A stretch of 64,000 nt of DNA, taken from the NCBI GenBank assembly GCA_035649875.1, contig DASRIR010000382.1, forward strand, positions 7,062 through 71,061. Reading direction: 5' to 3'. Both the position numbers and the translations under genes were made by a program. The notes beneath the pieces were generated by a model that made no database searches, had not been told where the DNA came from, and saw nothing but the letters and a program-made list of their open reading frames with translations. This DNA comes from Burkholderiales bacterium (GTDB lineage: Bacteria > Pseudomonadota > Gammaproteobacteria > Burkholderiales > SG8-39). Position 1 is the first letter of the stretch. Every line of letters starts with the position of its first letter. This document shows, piece after piece, positions 60,166 through 64,000 of the stretch.

Positions 60166-62393
60166 AAGACTGGGGGATCGGCGCGCCGGTCCTGCGGGTC
60201 GAGGACCTGCGCTTCCTGACCGGCAGCGGCCGCTTCATCGACGATCTCGCGTTTCCGGGGATGCTCCATTGCGTCCTGGTTCGGTCGCCGCACGCGCACG
60301 CCCGCGTGCGGAGAATCGAATTTCCCCAGGACCTCCTCGTCTTCACCGGCCGCGACATGGAAAAGGACCGCGTCGGTCCGATGCGCGCGGGCTGGCAGGT
60401 GCCGGGCATGGTCGAGCCGCCGCGCTGGGCGCTGGCGCGCGAGACGGTGCGGCACGTCGGCGAGCCGGTCGCGGCGGTGTTCGCGGCGACCAGGGCACGC
60501 GCGGAAGACGCAGCCGAGCGGGTCAGCGTCGAATACGAGCCGCTCGCTTCCATTTCGGACGTTTGCTTCCGCTGGACGCGAGGAGATGCGGCGGCGGTCG
60601 AGGCAGCCTTCGCTAAGGCCGCCCATCGCGTCGATATCGAGCTGATCAACAACCGCCTGTGTGGAGCGGCGCTCGAGGCGCGCGGCGTGATCGCGAGCGG
60701 CGATACCCTGTATTGCGCCACGCAGGCGCCGCACCACATCCGCAGCCACGTGTGCGCCGAACTCGGGCTCCGCGAAACCGAGCTGCGCATCGTGTCGCCC
60801 GACATGGGCGGCGGCTTCGGCTACAAGGGAAAGCATTACCCGGAGGAGACGATCGTCGCCTGGGCCGCGCGCCGCTTGCGTCGGCCGGTCAAGTGGGTCG
60901 CGGCGCGCCAGGAGTCGTTCCTTTCGGATACCCAGGGCAGGGACCACCGCACGCATGCAGTCCTTGCGTTGAACGAGGAAGGGGGATTTCTAGCCCTCAA
61001 GGTCAATACCACCGCGGATCTCGGTGCATACGTCTCCACCTTCGGCGCTGCGATCCCGGGGCCGATCTACAGCGCGCTGCTCGCGGGCCTGTATCGGACC
61101 CCGGCCATTCATATAGAAGTAACAGGGGTCTTTTCCAACACCGTTCCGACCGACGCCTATCGCGGGGCGGGGCGCCCCGAAGCATGCTACGTGCTCGAAC
61201 GGCTGGTGGACAAGGCGGCGTTCGCGCTCGGGCTCGACCGCGCCGAGATCCGGCGGCGCAACCTCATTCCGCGCGCGTCGATGCCGTACAAGACGCCGAT
61301 CGGGCCGACCTACGACTGCGGCGACTTTCCGAAGGTATTCGAAAGGGCGCTCGAGGTGGCCGATTATGCGGGTTTCGCGGCGCGGAAGCAGTCCTCCAGG
61401 AAGCTGCGTGGCATCGGCATCGCCTGCTACCTGGAATCCTCTGGTGTCGCGCCCTCACGCCTTGCCGGGATGATGGGCGCGCGCGTCGGCTTCTACGAGG
61501 CGGCCACGGTGCGCGTGGCGCCGGACGCAAGCGTTACCGCATATCTCGGCACGCACAACCACGGGCAGGGGCATGCGACCACGTTTGCCCAGATTCTCTC
61601 GGAGAGGCTCGGGGTCGACTTCCAAAACATCCGAATCGTCGAAGGCGACACCGCGGCCGTGCCCGTCGGCACCGGCACCTTCGGCTCCCGCTCGATCGCG
61701 GTGGGCGGTTCGGCGCTCGAGGTCGCGTCGCGGAAAATCATCGCGAAGGGAAAGAAGATCGCCGCGCACCTGCTCGAGGCGGCCCCGGCCGACATCGAGT
61801 TCAACGGGGGGAAATTCCAGGTCGCGGGCACCGACCGCGCGGTGAGCTTTGCGCAGGTGGCCGGCGCGGCGTACGTCCCGCACAACTATCCGCTCGAATC
61901 GCTCGAGCCCGGTCTGGACGAGACCGCGTTCTACGATCCGCCGAATTTTGCCTTCTCGAACGGCGTGCATGTCTGCGAGCTCGAGGTCGATCCCGAGACC
62001 GGCGCCACGCAGCTGGTCTCCTACCACGCGGTCGACGACATCGGCACGGTCATCAATCCCATGATCGTCGAAGGACAGATGCATGGCGGCCTTGCGCAAG
62101 GCATCGGCCAGGCCCTCGCCGAGCGCACCGTGTACGAGGACGGCCAGCTGCTGTCAGCTTCGTTCATGGACTACGCGTTGCCCCGCGCGGGCGATCTGCC
62201 CGAGTTTCGGTGCGAAACTGACGAGTCGCAGCCCTGCACCCACAATCCGCTCGGCGCCAAGGGCTGCGGCGAGTCGGGCGCGATCGGCGCGCCGGCTGCG
62301 GTCATGAGTGCGCTCCTCGACGCGCTCGGCGTGGCGGACCTGGAGATGCCCGCTACGCCGCACCGCATCTGGCAAGCCATAATGCGCGAATGA
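60162..62393 (+). CDS. molybdopterin-binding large subunit of xanthine dehydrogenase/CO dehydrogenase family (form-II CoxL-like)
   Basis: GTG start (GTGA overlap). [21 protein letters not shown]-terminus, GGGFGYKG, and the active-site loop AYRGAGR encoded at 61155-61175. 743 aa. No CoxS or CoxM genes are visible in the window. Confidence 0.88.
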   Translation: MKDWGIGAPVLRVEDLRFLTGSGRFIDDLAFPGMLHCVLVRSPHAHARVRRIEFPQDLLVFTGRDMEKDRVGPMRAGWQVPGMVEPPRWALARETVRHVGEPVAAVFAATRARAEDAAERVSVEYEPLASISDVCFRWTRGDAAAVEAAFAKAAHRVDIELINNRLCGAALEARGVIASGDTLYCATQAPHHIRSHVCAELGLRETELRIVSPDMGGGFGYKGKHYPEETIVAWAARRLRRPVKWVAARQESFLSDTQGRDHRTHAVLALNEEGGFLALKVNTTADLGAYVSTFGAAIPGPIYSALLAGLYRTPAIHIEVTGVFSNTVPTDAYRGAGRPEACYVLERLVDKAAFALGLDRAEIRRRNLIPRASMPYKTPIGPTYDCGDFPKVFERALEVADYAGFAARKQSSRKLRGIGIACYLESSGVAPSRLAGMMGARVGFYEAATVRVAPDASVTAYLGTHNHGQGHATTFAQILSERLGVDFQNIRIVEGDTAAVPVGTGTFGSRSIAVGGSALEVASRKIIAKGKKIAAHLLEAAPADIEFNGGKFQVAGTDRAVSFAQVAGAAYVPHNYPLESLEPGLDETAFYDPPNFAFSNGVHVCELEVDPETGATQLVSYHAVDDIGTVINPMIVEGQMHGGLAQGIGQALAERTVYEDGQLLSASFMDYALPRAGDLPEFRCETDESQPCTHNPLGAKGCGESGAIGAPAAVMSALLDALGVADLEMPATPHRIWQAIMRE

Positions 62394-63451
62394 TCCAGGA
62401 ACTGAATCCGGCCAAGCTCGCGCTGCTCTATCGCCGGCAGTTCGAGCTGTGCAAGGTGAGGAAGGGCGAGACCATCGCGGCGGTGAGCGACCTCGCCACG
62501 CGCCGTGAATACCTGCAGGCCGCGTTCGCGGCGGCGGACGACCTGGGCGCCGACATCTACGAGCTGTGCGTGAACTCGCTGCCGTCGTGGACCAAGGTCG
62601 GTGTGCCGACTATCGGCAAGGCGAAAGGCACGCTCGAGGCCGTCAAGGCGGCGGACATGGTCGTCATCTTCCACGTGCCGCTCTTCACCAAGTGGCTGAA
62701 GCAGGTGATGGATGGCGGGACGCGCGTGCTGATGATCATCGACTCGCCCGACGACCTCGAGCAATTGATGGCGCCGCCGGGTTTGAAAGAGGCTTGCAAG
62801 TACGCGGACGGGCTCTATAAGAAAACCAAAACCGTGCGGGTTACCTCAGACGGTGGAACAGACCTGACCTATACGTGTGGTGAATACCCCGTGATGACGC
62901 AGTGGGGCTACGCCGACGAGCGCGGGCACTTCGACCATTGGGGCGGCGGCCACATCCACACCTTTCCGAACGAGGGCAGCGCGCGCGGCACCGTCGTCTT
63001 GCAGCCGGGCGACATCGTGATCCTGCCGTATTGCCGCTACGTCGCCGACCCGGTCAAGCTCGAGATCCGCGAGGGCCACATCGTGAAGCTCGAGGGCGGC
63101 GTCGACGCGAAGCTGATGCGCGACTGGCTCGAGGACGGCAAGTCCTCGGCGAAGGACCGCGACCCGTACGCGGTGTCGCACCTCGGCTGGGGCCTCAATC
63201 CGCAAGCGCTGTGGTACGGGATCGCGCTGCACGGCGACGAGCCCGAGCGCCACCGCGCCGCGGCGCGCACCTTTCCGGGCAACTTCCTGTTTTCCACCGG
63301 CCCGAACACGCAGGGCGGCGGCAAGCGCGACACGCGCGGCCACTACGACGTGCCGATGCGCGATTGCACCGTCGAGCTCGATCGCAAGGTCGTGATCGAG
63401 CGCGGCCGCATCGTCGATCAGAAAATGAAAGTCAACCGGGAGGCAAGATGA
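62390..63451 (+). CDS. NicX-like 2,5-dihydroxypyridine 5,6-dioxygenase family (M29-aminopeptidase-like fold)
   Basis: ATGA overlap with the upstream gene. [82 protein letters not shown]. These are collinear with my recollection of Pseudomonas putida NicX, including the His and H-x-D positions. Confidence 0.75.
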   Translation: MIQELNPAKLALLYRRQFELCKVRKGETIAAVSDLATRREYLQAAFAAADDLGADIYELCVNSLPSWTKVGVPTIGKAKGTLEAVKAADMVVIFHVPLFTKWLKQVMDGGTRVLMIIDSPDDLEQLMAPPGLKEACKYADGLYKKTKTVRVTSDGGTDLTYTCGEYPVMTQWGYADERGHFDHWGGGHIHTFPNEGSARGTVVLQPGDIVILPYCRYVADPVKLEIREGHIVKLEGGVDAKLMRDWLEDGKSSAKDRDPYAVSHLGWGLNPQALWYGIALHGDEPERHRAAARTFPGNFLFSTGPNTQGGGKRDTRGHYDVPMRDCTVELDRKVVIERGRIVDQKMKVNREAR

Positions 63452-64000
63452 AACAGCTGGCGCTTCTTCTCATGCTGTGCGTGGCCGCCGCGGCCCATGG
63501 CGCAAACAAAGTCAGGATCGGCTTCATCGGCACGCTCTCCGGCCCGAACGCGTCGGTCGGCGTCGACATCCGCGACGCGTTCCAGCTCGCGATCAAGCTG
63601 AACGGCGGCAAGCTCGGCGGCCTGCCGGCGGAAGTCCTGGTCGGCGACGACGGCCTGAAGCCGGAGCAGGCGAAGCAGCTCGCCGAGCGCTATCTCAGGC
63701 TCGAGAAAGTGGACTTCGTGACCGGCACGGTGTTCTCGAACATCGTGGTGGCGATTGCACCGGACGTGCTCGCGGCGAAGACGTTCTATATCGCGCCCAA
63801 TGCCGGCCCGGCGCCGTATTCCGGCGCGCAATGCAATCCGTACTTCTTCGTATCCTCCTGGCCGAGCGAGGCCTACAGCGAGGCGGCTGGCCAGTACATC
63901 ACGTCGAAGGGCATCAAGAACGTGCTGTTCCTCGCCCCCAACTACCAGGGCGGCAAGGATGCCGCTACCGGCTTCAAGCGCTACTTCAAGGGCAAGCTGG
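63448..64000 (+). CDS. ABC transporter substrate-binding protein (LivJ/branched-chain amino acid-type family), 3' end cut by window edge
   Basis: Absent from the ORF track because no stop lies in the window. The ATG at 63448 overlaps the upstream [48 protein letters not shown] is a typical type-I periplasmic binding protein N-terminus. Confidence 0.8.
   Translation, partial: MKQLALLLMLCVAAAAHGANKVRIGFIGTLSGPNASVGVDIRDAFQLAIKLNGGKLGGLPAEVLVGDDGLKPEQAKQLAERYLRLEKVDFVTGTVFSNIVVAIAPDVLAAKTFYIAPNAGPAPYSGAQCNPYFFVSSWPSEAYSEAAGQYITSKGIKNVLFLAPNYQGGKDAATGFKRYFKGKL

Overview
This is a densely coded, GC-rich bacterial chromosome segment. About 63 protein genes are supported. I found no rRNA, tRNA, CRISPR array, transposase, integrase or phage genes. 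The content is mostly core and accessory metabolism. Two features suggest a Burkholderiales-type betaproteobacterium, but this is inference only: two Bug/TctC-family periplasmic receptors and the gene order mdh / sdhCDAB-sdhE-gltA-sucAB-lpdA-zapE.

Main blocks:
- 1-12.2 kb: mixed housekeeping and accessory genes, including an ABC exporter, dienelactone hydrolase, xth, a P450, TauD, glnS and a Pal-like lipoprotein.
- 12.3-19.4 kb: an envelope cluster with a rubrerythrin-like protein, two lipoproteins, a double-thioredoxin protein, a YbbP-like FtsX permease with no ATPase gene, PhzF and an AttH-like lipocalin protein.
- 19.3-27.2 kb: transporters, dusA, msrA and hslR.
- 27.2-31.1 kb: a TonB-dependent receptor, a PQQ-type sugar dehydrogenase and a dihaem cytochrome c.
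- 32.7-40.1 kb, minus strand: mdh-prpB-prpC-(small ORF)-prpD-acnA.
- 40.2-64.0 kb, plus strand: pobA, then an uninterrupted co-directional array. It runs sdhCDAB-sdhE-gltA-sucA-sucB-lpdA-zapE-bug-acuI-(REC plus degenerate GGDEF)-prpE-glcG-like, followed by a hydroxyaromatic or N-heterocycle catabolic operon that runs off the window.

I see no clear defence, mobile or otherwise radically new system. The candidates most worth follow-up are:
- the coupled catabolic operon with an orphan form-II CoxL-like molybdenum hydroxylase and a NicX-like dioxygenase;
- a PopA-like response regulator (A-site lost, I-site kept) embedded among propionate and acrylate genes;
- the orphan YbbP-like permease cluster with an antisense phzF insertion;
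- a 26-bp perfect palindrome spanning exactly stop codon to stop codon;
- a PqqU-like receptor module.

Many long ORFs in the supplied track are antisense shadow ORFs or over-extended N-termini, which is typical of high-GC DNA. I trimmed or rejected them.
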